Part shown: one piece after another, positions 41,584-54,158 of the stretch
Layout: each line of letters begins with the position of its first letter
Numbering within the stretch: position 1 is the stretch's first letter
Source: Kudoa neothunni
Taxonomy: Eukaryota; Animalia; Cnidaria
Reading direction: 5' to 3'
DNA: 64,000 nucleotides
NCBI GenBank assembly: GCA_964304625.1
Contig: OZ199839.1
Coordinates: 5,896,311 to 5,960,310 of the forward strand
Position numbers and translations under genes: made by a program
The notes under the pieces: generated by a model
Databases searched by the model: none
The model's input: only the letters and a program-made list of their open reading frames with translations
What the model was told of the DNA's origin: nothing

Positions 41584-43724
41584 TGATACAGGCAATGTAT
41601 GAATATGCAAATTTAAAAAGATATTCGTCTATAAATGGTTAATAATCAAAAATGAAGCGCAAAAAGATATCAAATTTAATTTTCAGAAAAATCATAAACG
41701 AAACATAACTGTAACCATTATTTGTTACAACAGGGACGACTCGAATGGCATTTTGAATTGCATTGTAAATATTTCTTGAGGCAAAGGCATTTGTTATTTT
41801 AGCACTTACTTTTACACATACACCTTAAAAATCCTTGACCACTTCCTGTTGAATGAGAAGTAGCAGCAGAGTGTAGAGGTATTTCGTGGTCAGGGACATC
41901 AACAATTTTTATAAATCGCTTTTGGCAAATGCTAAATTGGAATCTTGCATATAGCTGCTTTAACCTTACTTTATTAGTTTCAAGTCGGTAAAAACCATCT
42001 TCCGTAAGTTCCATTACCGCCGCTAACAGATTTCGGGGGTCACCATGCCCCTTGTCCACATCAGGAATAGTAATGCGCACAGTATCGCCAAAAGATGCAG
42101 GAGAAAAATTTTTGTCCGAAGTTATTTTCGTTTTTTTTGCTCGAATCTCTAGGCTCAACATAGACAGCTTCTTATGTTTTTCCGCATTTTCAATATTAAA
42201 ACAAATAGTGTAGCAGATATCAACACCATAACCTTCAATTGCTTCATCACTGTCGTCTTTTAGATTTTTCCCACAGATTATATGGACGATTCGGCCACAC
42301 TTTATGCAATTATGTGCATCAGTACTTGCTTTTAAGCATACACAACATATGAAAGAATTTTCAGATTCTTGAGTACACATCTCTTCATTGTAGCATTGTT
42401 TTCCCATTTCATATTCAGAAATCTCAACAGTGTTCTGTGGAATAATGTTCATTCCTTCAGTCACATGGTTCACATATTCTAGCTCTACTGTGTGCATTTT
42501 TTCCAATATTATTTCTAATTCTTCTTCAGTGTGTATACCGACTAAAACGTATTGAGGTATGAAAGACGTAGTGAGACCAACTTTAATTTTGCAGCCAAAG
42601 AGAGCTTCGTAAGGTGTTCTTTGAATCCCAGAATTGAAAGCTCTATTTGTTGGTTTTTTCGTCTTGTATCTAAGTAGACAACATGTTTTCGATATCTTGG
42701 TTAGCTCGCTCAACACTACTTCGACTTTGAGAATGTCGCGGCTTTACATGAACAATCATTAAAGTCGGCCAGTATTTCTTCAGGTTTGTGATCACCTTAT
42801 TTGCAAATTCTCGTCCGTTATCTGACTGCAATATCGATGGAGCTCCCAGTAATGTGAATATGTCTATTAAATTGAACGCTACTTCTTCAGCTGTTTTTGA
42901 TTTAATTACGCGTAAAACAAAAAACTTAGGAAGATGATCTTGATATACCATTATAAATTTATACTCTTGATCAGGAAGGGATTGGAAATCAATTAGATCC
43001 ACCTGGCAGCGGGAATTGAGATCTGAAAATACCATCGGCTTCATTGCAATGCCTTTTTTCATGCATTTTTGTTTCTTATGGCATGCCTCGCAAAGTTGAG
43101 TGTACAATTCAACATCAACACGGGTAATGTTTTTAGATTTTGGTCGAAGCTCCTTTAACATTCTGTCTCGTCCTCCATGTCCAATGGCTACGTAAGCTTC
43201 ATGAATAACATCAAATAATTCAGAATCACTGACGTAAAACTGAATACAATGGACCTCTTCTTTGACACGATAGAACAACTTGCTTTTTTCTCTAAAGTCA
43301 CCACATCATAGCGTTTCAGAAATCAATAATCCCGTGGTCCTTTCTTTGTAGTTAGCTTTGCTCTTATCGCATCATTCACTGTTCGTTTATAACTGGCGTC
43401 GGTAAGAAAGACAATTTTTAGCCTAAGTAGTTCGCATTTTTGATAGCTCTGGAAGGAAAAGGTCTCTCATTTCAATCAAATGAGATTCTTTTTCAAACAC
43501 TACATTTGAATTTTCTCCGTTCATGTTTATAAACACGCAGCAATGAGGACAACCTTACATAGCGTCACCAAAACCCAAGGACTATTATCACGTGAAAACG
43601 ACCACCCGAACATCATTTTTGGAGGGAATTAATCTTTTATACATTGCCTGAAATAGAACTAGTCAGTATACACATTGCCTAGGCATTCTATATATTGCCT
43701 GAATCTCATACATTGCCGGTAATA
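41584..43724 (-). mobile_element. Ginger2/KRBA2-SCAND3-like integrase DNA transposon, disrupted
   Basis: ORF pieces with H-x5-HGGRDRM...CxxC zinc finger, RCQVDLID, ILQSDNGREF, SVERAN (rve DDE), PYEALFG and a Cys-rich C-terminus. Inverted ends TGATACAGGCAATGTATGA / TATTACCGGCAATGTATGA (reverse complement), with subterminal attgcc repeats at 43640-43720. Confidence 0.85.
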
Positions 43725-45082
43725 TATATATATATATATATAGTAGATAGTATGTATAAATATGATTAACAAATTAATTTAATGTGTATTATTATTTTTT
43801 GTTCATAATTGTATATTATAGTGTTTTAATTTAATAAAAAAATAATTTATTTTAATATGGTTTATAATTCACATGTTTATCAATATAAAATCAGATATGA
43901 AAACTCATCTCATAAAAGGAAAACTTATGCCTAACTGTTCAAGCATTGCCTATTAATCAAAAAATTAACGATACATTATAAAATATGACGTATATGTGTT
44001 GGAATAAAAATTTAATTTTAATTTTAATAATTAATTATGAATAATATATAGTATATGAGCTTATCGATCGATATCATTATTAAAATATTGAACTGTATTC
44101 AAAATTTATGTTAATGAAATATATTATTATATAAATCATTAACCTTATCATTGTAAGTGGAACATGTGTATTTTTCTAAATGGTGTAATTTGTGTGACAT
44201 GCAAAGTACATTAACAAATAGATAAATTATCACCATGTGGCTAAAAAGACATTATTATAATTTGACATTTTATTAACTAATAAATTATTATGATTATTTT
44301 GCTTTGATGTTAAAAAATATCTAATCCGTTATAAATTTAATGAATATTAAATCTAACTTTGTCGTCGTTTTTATTATTTTGGTGCACACATCAAATGATA
44401 TATACTTTCTTCTACATTAATCTATATAAACTCAAAAAAGTAATTTACGCTTCTAAATAATACCTCCATATAATTAATATTTTTTGAAAACTTTTCGTTT
44501 AGTGTATTGTTTTATAATTAGGAGTTTAACTGATTTCAGAAGTTTTCTTCCTTTACCTGCTCATTCATTACATACATTAAATATGATATGGCTACTTCGA
44601 GAAAGAATCAATAGCTTTGTGAAATATCCAAGCTAGACATCTCAGGTTAGATCGTTTTGTTGAATGACAGCCATTTATTTAAAATTTTCAACTTATTGTT
44701 TGTCGAATGCATAAAAAATATCCAGCGTATCTTTCGTGAATAATACAATTATATAAGCCATTAATTATACATGTTTAATATTTTGGATATTATTTTTTAT
44801 TAATATGACAGTAATAGTTTTAAGTTATGTCGGACAAAATAATTTTTTATGATTAATATCTTAAAGAAGTTTATTTTTAATTATTGCTAGTAGTAACACA
44901 TTTAATCAAAAGCAACTATATATAGTTTGAGAAATTAATGTCATATCGAAGGAAATAAACAAAATATCGCTTCTAAATCTCAATAATTTTGCAACTCAAC
45001 AAAAAATTAAACTTTAATGAATATTACCCCAATGTTGAATTATATTTAAAGCTCCAAATTTTATTCCTATAATATAATAACA

Positions 45083-46342
45083 CAGTAAGGTCTCGATATT
45101 ACGAGGTTCGATATAGGATAGTCGTCATTTTTTCCAGATTTCTGCAGCTAAAATTGTAACCATTTCAATGTATACAGGCTTCTACTCAAGCTCTTTACTC
45201 AAAAATACGAAATAACATTAAAAAATGCAATTTTTGTAAAATCCAAGGTCTTGCTATTGGGCAGTGGTTTTTTTCAAATTTAATCCGATTAATCCACTAA
45301 TTTACATATTCGAACGTTCGGTATTGTGAAAGAAGAAAGAAATGTAGGTAAAAAAATGGAACTATTCAATATAATGATTCAATTATCCCAACTTGAAATG
45401 CCAAAAACTTACTCTATAGCGGCGTAGAATATCATGAATTATGTTATTGTGAATTTTGTTCAAATTAAAATTAATTACCCTTCTCTGAATAGAATTTTAT
45501 ATATTACATCTGATATAATGAATTCTAATGATGTTCTCTCTGTAAAGGAATTACAAATAAAAAATACATCCAACTTCAAATTGCGTTATATGGCCGGATT
45601 GTGTCAGAACACCAACAAACGCAAATATTCTAGAGTTTTTATAACAAAAAGAGGCAAAACTCTTTGTTGATGATCTTAAATCGTTGTTTTAGGTGGAACA
45701 GAAGGTTTCCTCAAAAATTTTAAGATTCGCTATTTTTTAAAAATTTACTCTTCCCGGATAAGGGGGATGGTTGATGATAATTTTGTTAATGATTAAGTAG
45801 TCAAATTTTATAAGTTAAAGAATAGATATGAAAAATAAATCATATTAAATCTCGGTGAGACCGCGTTTTTCTAAGAACAATGTACTCATCGAACATGTGA
45901 TATAAAGGAGTTGAATTACAAAGAAATGAAACAATAAAATAATCTATAATAGAATTATAGAGTGCTTAATTTATAGGGATAAAATTCCCACATAATGTTA
46001 TAGGTAAATTTAATGAGACATGGTGTTTTAAAAGAATTTACGAACGTTTTGTTAAATATAAACGATCAAAAAATTGGTAGGATGTCTCCCACTATTTTCA
46101 TGATATTTTAATAACTCATTTTCAAAAGTTCGCAAAAGATGATGAAATGTTTGTATATCATTAGATCGACGCCTTTCACACCTTGAATTTGATAATACAA
46201 GCATGATATATCATTTTTACGTTAATAAATAAAAATTTTCTTCTAGTGGCGTGTGAGCGAAACTTCGATATTGGGCAGTGAATTCTTATTGGGTAGTAAA
46301 AGCTCAGGTTCCGATTTAGTAAGCAATATCGATACCTTACTG
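45083..46342. mobile_element. ~1.26-kb non-autonomous TIR element, copy 2, inserted upstream of Kunitz copy 3
   Basis: CAGTAAGGTCTCGATATT ... AATATCGATACCTTACTG|TA; empty site present at ~27260 upstream of copy 1. Confidence 0.85.
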
Positions 46343-46892
46343 TAAATGTTTTTTTGATTCAGCTACATGTTATTCTTCACTCAGGAAATTTCGAAATGTA
46401 AGTTATGACAGATTAATATAAAAGTAAATATTAAGAATTAAGAACGATTAAACAAATTTTCGTGCAACTTTATTTTTGCTTCTTTAATTTAGTCCAACAT
46501 TATTTACGCATATGCTCTATTGACCCAGTATCATTGGAAGTATTGTTATGGTCAATACTATTTAAAAATATTTTGGTTAATTAATTCGACCAAGGCCGTT
46601 CATTTAGAGCAAGTATCCTGACTAATGAATATATTTTTTATAAATAATAAAATATTTGGTTTATATATTTTTATATACTACACATCACGCATTATAAATA
46701 GATGATAAATGCAACCAATGACTTATTTCAATGTTACAAATAGTGTTATGCTATTTAAATATTGTAGTTCACCAAATCAATCGCATTACGGAAATTATAT
46801 GAATCAAGGTTATATCCAAACTTGAATGTATTTGGAGGATTACAATTCGTAATAAATACTTATCGAAAGATTTATTATTAATAGTAAACATT

Positions 46893-48265
46893 ATGTTGAT
46901 ATTTTCAATATGTTCCTTATTCTTAGCAACCATTGCAACTGGTACCAGTTTATTCGCAGAAAATAACTATATTCCTCATTTAAGAGAGAGCTTTGTCCAG
47001 TTACGATAAAGATGAAGGTCAAGCCCCAGTTTGGATGAATGATACAGCAAAAGCTAGGGCTGTAGTAGAGAGATGGTACGTTGATTTAACTGACGCTACC
47101 TGCAAGCCCTTTAACTATCGTGGATCCCTCGGAAATTTTAACAACTTTGTCTCAAAAGCTGCATGCATTAATCATCGTACAGATAAAATTCTCTAACATT
47201 TTCTAATAACAATATAGTTCGATTCACACCAGAGGAAAAGGCTAATGCGTGTGATAAGGGAAAAGTTGAAGGCGTGTGTAAGCTGTCAGGCGTTAAAGCA
47301 TTAACAAGGTGGTACTTCGACAAGGGCACTGTAGATTCGAAAACATTTGCTTGTCACGAATTTAAATATACCGGTTGTGGTGGAAACGCAAACAACTTCG
47401 AAAGTGAAACGGAGTGCAAACAAGTTTGTCAAAGTAATTACCTTTTTAAATTTTGCAATGGATGGGAATTTAATATGAAAACTCAATGAATTAATATTTT
47501 TTAATAGACAACGTAAATGGTCCTACGGTTAGTGACATCACTTCTAAAGAACTGACACCTGTTCCAAACGAATTCGACTGCACTTTCAGGGCTGAAGTAA
47601 AAACTCAATCTCCACAAATGGGGATTGTTCCCCATAAAGATGGTAACAGATGCGTTTATGCAGCTGTAGGAGCTTCAGCTAAGAGAGGATTTTTCAAAGA
47701 TTTGCCAACATGCGTAAAAAATTGTGTTAGTAATATATTTATGGTTGCAACTTCATTATTAACCATCCATAGAAAAGCTAGCACCAGCGTGTGCTGCTGT
47801 GGGTCCCCATCAGATTGAAACCACGGATCAGATTACCACTACAACCAGTGTGAATACATATTACTATTTCAAAAAATCGGAATTGATATGCATGCCATTC
47901 ATGTCCAAAGCCCCAGACACAAATACTAAAATTGATAATGGTGATTTGAATATATTCAGCTCTGCTGAGTTATGCGCAAGCTATTGTCCTGCAAGTATTA
48001 AAAATCTATAATTATATATTTATGAATTTATTTAGCTGGTCATATTGGTCAATTAAAAGCCGTTGAAGCTTGCACTCTTCCAAAAAAAGGGGAATCAATT
48101 GCAACTGATAAATACAAGATAACACGATTCTACTATAATCCCTCAGCAACAGATCAAACTAATAAATGCGAGCAATTTGATTTTAATGGAAAGGATATGA
48201 ATTTGAATAACTTTGAGTCTTCTGATATTTGCAAGGCAATTTGTCACACACCTTTGTCAACATAA
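46893..48265 (+). CDS. Five-Kunitz secreted protein, copy 3 (type A)
   Basis: Same six-exon structure, intact frame; last exon identical by eye to copy 1; domain-2 P1 is Lys (VCKLSG). Confidence 0.92.
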
Positions 48266-48513
48266 TAGTCGTTGACTTATTTTTCTTATCTCATATGACA
48301 ACAAATAATGTTTCCAGTAGTATTAGAACCAGTTTTTATTTTTAGAATAATTATTCCTTATTTATTTCTCTTAATTTACACATGATTATAATTTTTTAAT
48401 GTGAAATGATCATTTAAATATGTACGAAATAACTAACTTAGATTATAGTTTGATTTTAAAAAATTGAAATTTTAAAATAGAATAATTATTTACAAAAATT
48501 CGACCATATAAAG

Positions 48514-50480
48514 CAGTGGTCTCCAAACTTTCTGAGGCTAGGGCCACATTGGTTTGTTGATATATTACTCCGAGAGCTGCATTAAAAATTTTAACAAAAA
48601 ATTTAAAAATCTAAATAAATGTAAAAGAAACAATAATAAGTTTATTTTCCTTTGTGTGAAGAGTTATGTTGTTTCAGAACTAATATAATAATATCCCATC
48701 GCGGCGTGAACCTGGACATCCTTATCGTCAATATGGAATTAAGGTGATCGTCTTACGACTGTGTTCTGAATGCGGATTTCACATATTCCATTTTTGAAAA
48801 TGTCTTCTCGCACAATTAAGTTGTGACAAGTATTGAAATATATTTATTGGGAAAAGATAAAAAATTCGGAAAATCACGACGAGGCAAAAGCTTATAAAAT
48901 TATAATAAATTGTTTTCATTAAATTTACATTTGTATATTTCATTTGTAACTCCACAGTTAATTGATCGATGTGACATCAAAAGAATCTTCGAATTTTAAA
49001 ATATTCGAGAAAAATGTCTCAATATCTTTGAAACGCTCATCAAACTGCTGCATTAAATTGGAATGAGTGTCTTGGGTGACAACAGTTGGAAAAGATACTT
49101 TACTTTGTTGAGCGTATTTTTCGCAACTTAAAAAATGAGTGAAAAAATTATTATTTAATTTTGAATTAAATAAAATAAATTTCTGTCTAAGTTCATAAAA
49201 TAATTAATGAAAATCGTTTATTAACAATGTTTCGCCTTGCAATTTAACATTGAAATCATTCAGTTGTACTGTCAAATCGGCAAAAAAGCCAATCATCATT
49301 TTTAAACAAATTTAGAGGATTATTATGTTCAGTAAGAAAAAAAACCAATTTCCGCCCCTAAGTCAAAGAATCGGCGTAAAACATTTCCACAACTAGGCCT
49401 CCTCACATTTGCGTAATATGGAAAATCCGGTTATTCTGCATTTTAATCTTTTAAAAATTCCTCAAATTTTCCATGTTGGAGTCCAAGTAACCGGATAAAA
49501 TTAACAGTGGATACAACAGTATTTAATATTGATGACAGGCCCATCTTCTTTTCACAGAGAGCTTGTCGATGAATAATACATTGAAGCGCCAAAGGTTTTT
49601 GTCCAAGTTAGCCTTTTGTTTTTTCACTCATATTTCAACACGAACAGTAGTGATGCATATAAGTATATTCCAGGTTAGGTTGAAATTTTGAAATGACTTT
49701 TCAAACTCGTTAAATAGATCGAATCACGTTGTAGTTCCTTACAATTTTATGTACAGAGAGGAGTTCCTCTGTAATTTTCAACTCGATACTTACCCCTCTA
49801 ATGAAAAATAAAAGTTTCGTGGTTTGTGAAATATCAGTGGATTCATCCAGCGTGATAGAAAATCAGACAAATTCTTTTATTTTATCTCGTAATATCGAAA
49901 TAACATTTTCATAAATATTCTCCACTCTACGACTTATTGTGTTTGCTGAAAGATTTATCTCAGAAAATGAGCTGGCATTTTCCTGACATACATCGTTCAA
50001 CACGTCCTTTAGAGCTTCCTTGGAAATTTTGCCATCAGAAAATGGTTTTCGTTTATTGACTAATAAATAGGCAACGCGAAATCCAGCTCTTGTAGATGAT
50101 TCATCTTCATGGGCAATTTTTTTGATGATCAATTAGCTCGACAAAAAATTATTTTTCAGTATTCTGAACTTCTCAGTACGTAAAATTCAATTGTATTTTG
50201 AATACTACGACGAATGTTTTGTCTCGTAATATTTGCGAATATTAAATTCTTTCGGTACTGAGATAGTGTTGTCACAAATAACACGTATTTCTTAGTTTCC
50301 TTATTTAGAAACAAAGTAATCTGTATTTCACTTATCGTTAAATATTCGGCACTTAAGGTCGATTTTTCTCTTTCTTCCATAAACCACCATTTTTACACGA
50401 TAAATCAGAGAGCCATAGCTCGTGAAAACAAACATAGATCATCGAGAATGATTGAAAACCCAAATTGCTACACAAGTCAT
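48514..50480 (-). mobile_element. Decayed hAT/Buster transposon, copy 2 (duplicated with the segment)
   Basis: Same terminus, same flanking site and shared lesions as 29431-31400. Confidence 0.85.
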
Positions 50481-51378
50481 TTAACAATCATTTAATCAAT
50501 AAAAGATTCTATATTTAAATTAAAACTTGGATATTGTCTGACAAAATAACGATTTTTTGTAAGTATATCTTTAAATATTGTAATATTTGTAACATGAATA
50601 AAGCGTAATATTATTATACGAGTATCGAGAATGCAAGCTTTACAATGTTTATGATTATGTTTAATAACAATAGCAATTATTAAAAAAAACTTAAATATGT
50701 AGAATTGTATAAAAAATAACTAAGGTTAGTAGGTTATATGTATAAAGTTAAGACAATATAAATTTTTACCCATGTTTTATTAATCACGTCAATATGCAAT
50801 TATAAATAAAATATAATACGTTGTTATAATGATTCCTACTTAATAATTATTTAATTATTTGATAAATGAATATATTTAACACTTTAAATGAAAAAAGGGC
50901 CAAATATATATTTTTATAAGAGAAAAATACAACTGCATCATTTCTAATTAATTTATGAATATGCTAATTAACTTGGATTATTTTAATTTATCTATGTTTA
51001 ATAATTTATTTTTAGTACATTATTTGATAAATATTATTGTTATATAATATATATATACAGAATGTTTAGTAAATATATGTTATTAATATATATTAAACAT
51101 GAACAAACGATATTAAGTTAAGAAATAATAATTTACTACTCAATGATTTAATAGATTCATTTTATATAAGTTGATATTTAAAATTATCCAACTTTTCGAG
51201 ATCAAATAAATATTAAAGAATTTAACCTATTTTATTATTACGTTTATTTAAAAAGAAATAGTCGTTTATCAACGTTAATTTTGTAAGATGAAAATTTTCT
51301 TAATAAGTTTCTTATAAATGATATTACATGGATTTTTACACTTTAATGATTTTTAAAAAATTTAATAAATTCATATAA

Positions 51379-52649
51379 CCCTCTAGAGCACGCGTGGGGT
51401 CTTTTAAAACCCACGATGAAAATGATGAAAATAAAAAGTTTTATTTAATAATATAATTATCGTCTAAAAAAACAATTGTCACATAAAACTTTAGAATATT
51501 TTTTGCAAGCATTGAATTTTGATTGCGTTTTACGATCATTTAGCCTGAAACATACGACATCTTCTTCTGTATGAAGCAGTAGTTATTTGTTCACATTCTT
51601 TTATTTTTGCCACATCTACATTAATATTATTATTTAATTTATTTATTTAAACTTTTGCGATTCATTTAATGCTCTAGCAATTGTGTTGCTAACGATTTTA
51701 AGAATTCTTTTCTCAGAATATTTTTCTTCGTATGTAAACAATAAATTACATATTAATTAATTAAAACTACATCTAGAAGTGTATGAAATATTACTGCTGA
51801 CCATCATTTGGATGTTCCATATTTAGAATAATTGATGCACATTTGGTCGATTATGTCTACAACTCCTTTGGTGGAATTATAAAATGAAATCATTTCAAAA
51901 ATTTTTTGAGAATGATTTGAATAGATTACTAGTTTTTGGTGAAAAGAACTCAATAAAATGACGGATTTGTTTTTTTTTTTCGCAGCGTACGGCGGCAATG
52001 TAAAATCATTGGTAACGCCAAACATGGATGAATATACGTCTCTTGTCTTCGATGGTAGAATTCCCGAAGGAATCTCCTTTTTATTTTTTCTGATGGTCCC
52101 ACATGCAGTGATACCACGTTTCAATATTTTTTCGAAGAGCGAAACTGATGTAAAACAATTATATACCGTGACGTCTCTACCAGAACATAATATTGGTTCT
52201 ACTAATTGCAGTACTAAATTTTTCAGTGAGTTAACAACCTTATAAATGTCAACATTTTGAACACCTAAGCAAACCTCAATATTTAATGTATAAAATTTTT
52301 TAGCGTCAATCAATAAAATTTTTTACGCCACATTTTGCAGGCTTTAACGATATGTATTGTTTAAAAATACAGTTGCCTCCGAACGCACAATGTATTTCGT
52401 CAATTGTTAAATATTCTTTTAGAGTTTAATATATTAGGAAATTTTATTTTATGCGGCCAGTAACATCTCTAATTTTAAATAATCTATCATCAGACGACCC
52501 CAATGGTATTAAAGAAACATTCGCAAACCGAAGACAAGTTTCAAAAACTTAAATCTATGTTCGACAAATTCTTTCTCGCAAATGGGAATCAAAAGATATC
52601 ATATGATCAGAATTCATTCCTATTAGTTAAAATAGATGGTGACTATTTT
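51379..52649 (-). mobile_element. piggyBac transposon remnant (PGBD4-like DDE)
   Basis: ORF 51804-52313 with VTVYNCFTS, ACGTIRKNKKEIP, VILLSS, FYNSTKGVVDIIDQ; CCCT terminus at 51379. Confidence 0.88.
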
Positions 52650-54153
52650 CACTCCCTCGTACATGCGCGGAGGATTAAAGCATTACCTCTATATGTGCTT
52701 TTTCTCATTTATTAGTTGTTGCAGAAAAATACTAATGACCAAAAATGATAAATAATATTTTTTGAAAAATGAATAAAATGATAAAAATATTTATTTCTAC
52801 CTTTTAATAATCAACAAAGTTTTTTTTAATTGTTTTAGTCTTCCTTTTACTTAAATGGAACGAAAATTGAAATTATATGAGTTTAAATTTTTTTCAATTT
52901 TTTGATTTATGGAAAGTTTGGTTTTATTCTTGTATTGATCTTTTAATTTTTTTTAGACTCTTGTTTAATTCGTTGTACAGACTATCATTAAGTGTATTTA
53001 ATCAATCCAATATTTCCGAAATAATTGTTTTTTATTTTTAACATTGATTTCAAATGTATATTAGTTGGTAAGACATTCAAGCCGATATTTTGTGAATCGA
53101 TACTGGGGGGAGTTATAGTTGTTGAAATATCGTCGTCTGTTTGTTGCACACATTATTATCCGCGAATATATCATTGTTTGTATGACCACCTTCCAATGTA
53201 CATAAAATCGTTAAAATTATAGAATTAAACTTTGCAATTCAATGTTTTCATTGGAGGGAATATTGTTGAAAAAATATACAATCGCACTTGTATACATTAG
53301 CATTAAATGTAATCATTGCTGAACCAGATACGATGTGCACCAAGAACATGTTTTTTAAATTACAAATTTATAATAATTTCAGATCTTGTAACTCTCTAAT
53401 TTGATGTTCTCCGCAACAAAAATTGACAAACGATTCATTACTGCCAAAGTACCAATATCATCAATTTTGTTCTTCATATGAATCAGATCATTTTTAAATA
53501 AATCATCACTACGGAAGGTCTTACAGTAATTGAGTATTGAATTGACTTAGTGAATTAACGATGACTTTAACATAAAATTTTTTATCTTTCCATTCTTTTG
53601 TTCAATCCAGTTATTTGTATTTGAACCAGATGTAAGATCATCGAGAAGATGGAAATAAGTCCACATGTTTTGAATATTAATCCAGTTTTTCCCCAATATT
53701 GAAAATATGTTGGATTTGTCGAATATATTTCATTCAAAATGAAATAAAATGAAAAACCATTAACAGAATATATTAATTTTTATTTGATTTTCAAATAAAG
53801 TTTTTAAACTATCAGATGAAGAGAATCATTTGTTGAATAAATCGTGGCCTTCTGAACTCATTACGCGCAAAACTAATAAACCACACAAAGATATATTCAC
53901 ATGGGTTTTTTTAGCAATTATTATATAACAATTATTCTATTTCTAAGACACAAAAGTTGGCTTCAAATTGTTTTATGGAGTAAATGACTATAATTTCTAC
54001 GATAGATAATAATTGACATACGATTTTAGAAGCCAATTAAAAAATATATTTTAGCGTTCGCGGCTATTAATATTTATTTGAAATGACTAATATAAGAGTA
54101 CAAGCACATATAGAGGTAATGCTTTAATCCTCCGCGCATGCACCGAGGGAGCG
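52650..54153. mobile_element. 1.5-kb element with ~50-bp near-perfect terminal inverted repeats (superfamily unclear)
   Basis: cactccctcgtacatgcgcggaggattaaagcattacctctatatgtgctt (52650-52700) is inverted at 54102-54153. Confidence 0.8.
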
Positions 54154-54158
54154 CAAAT

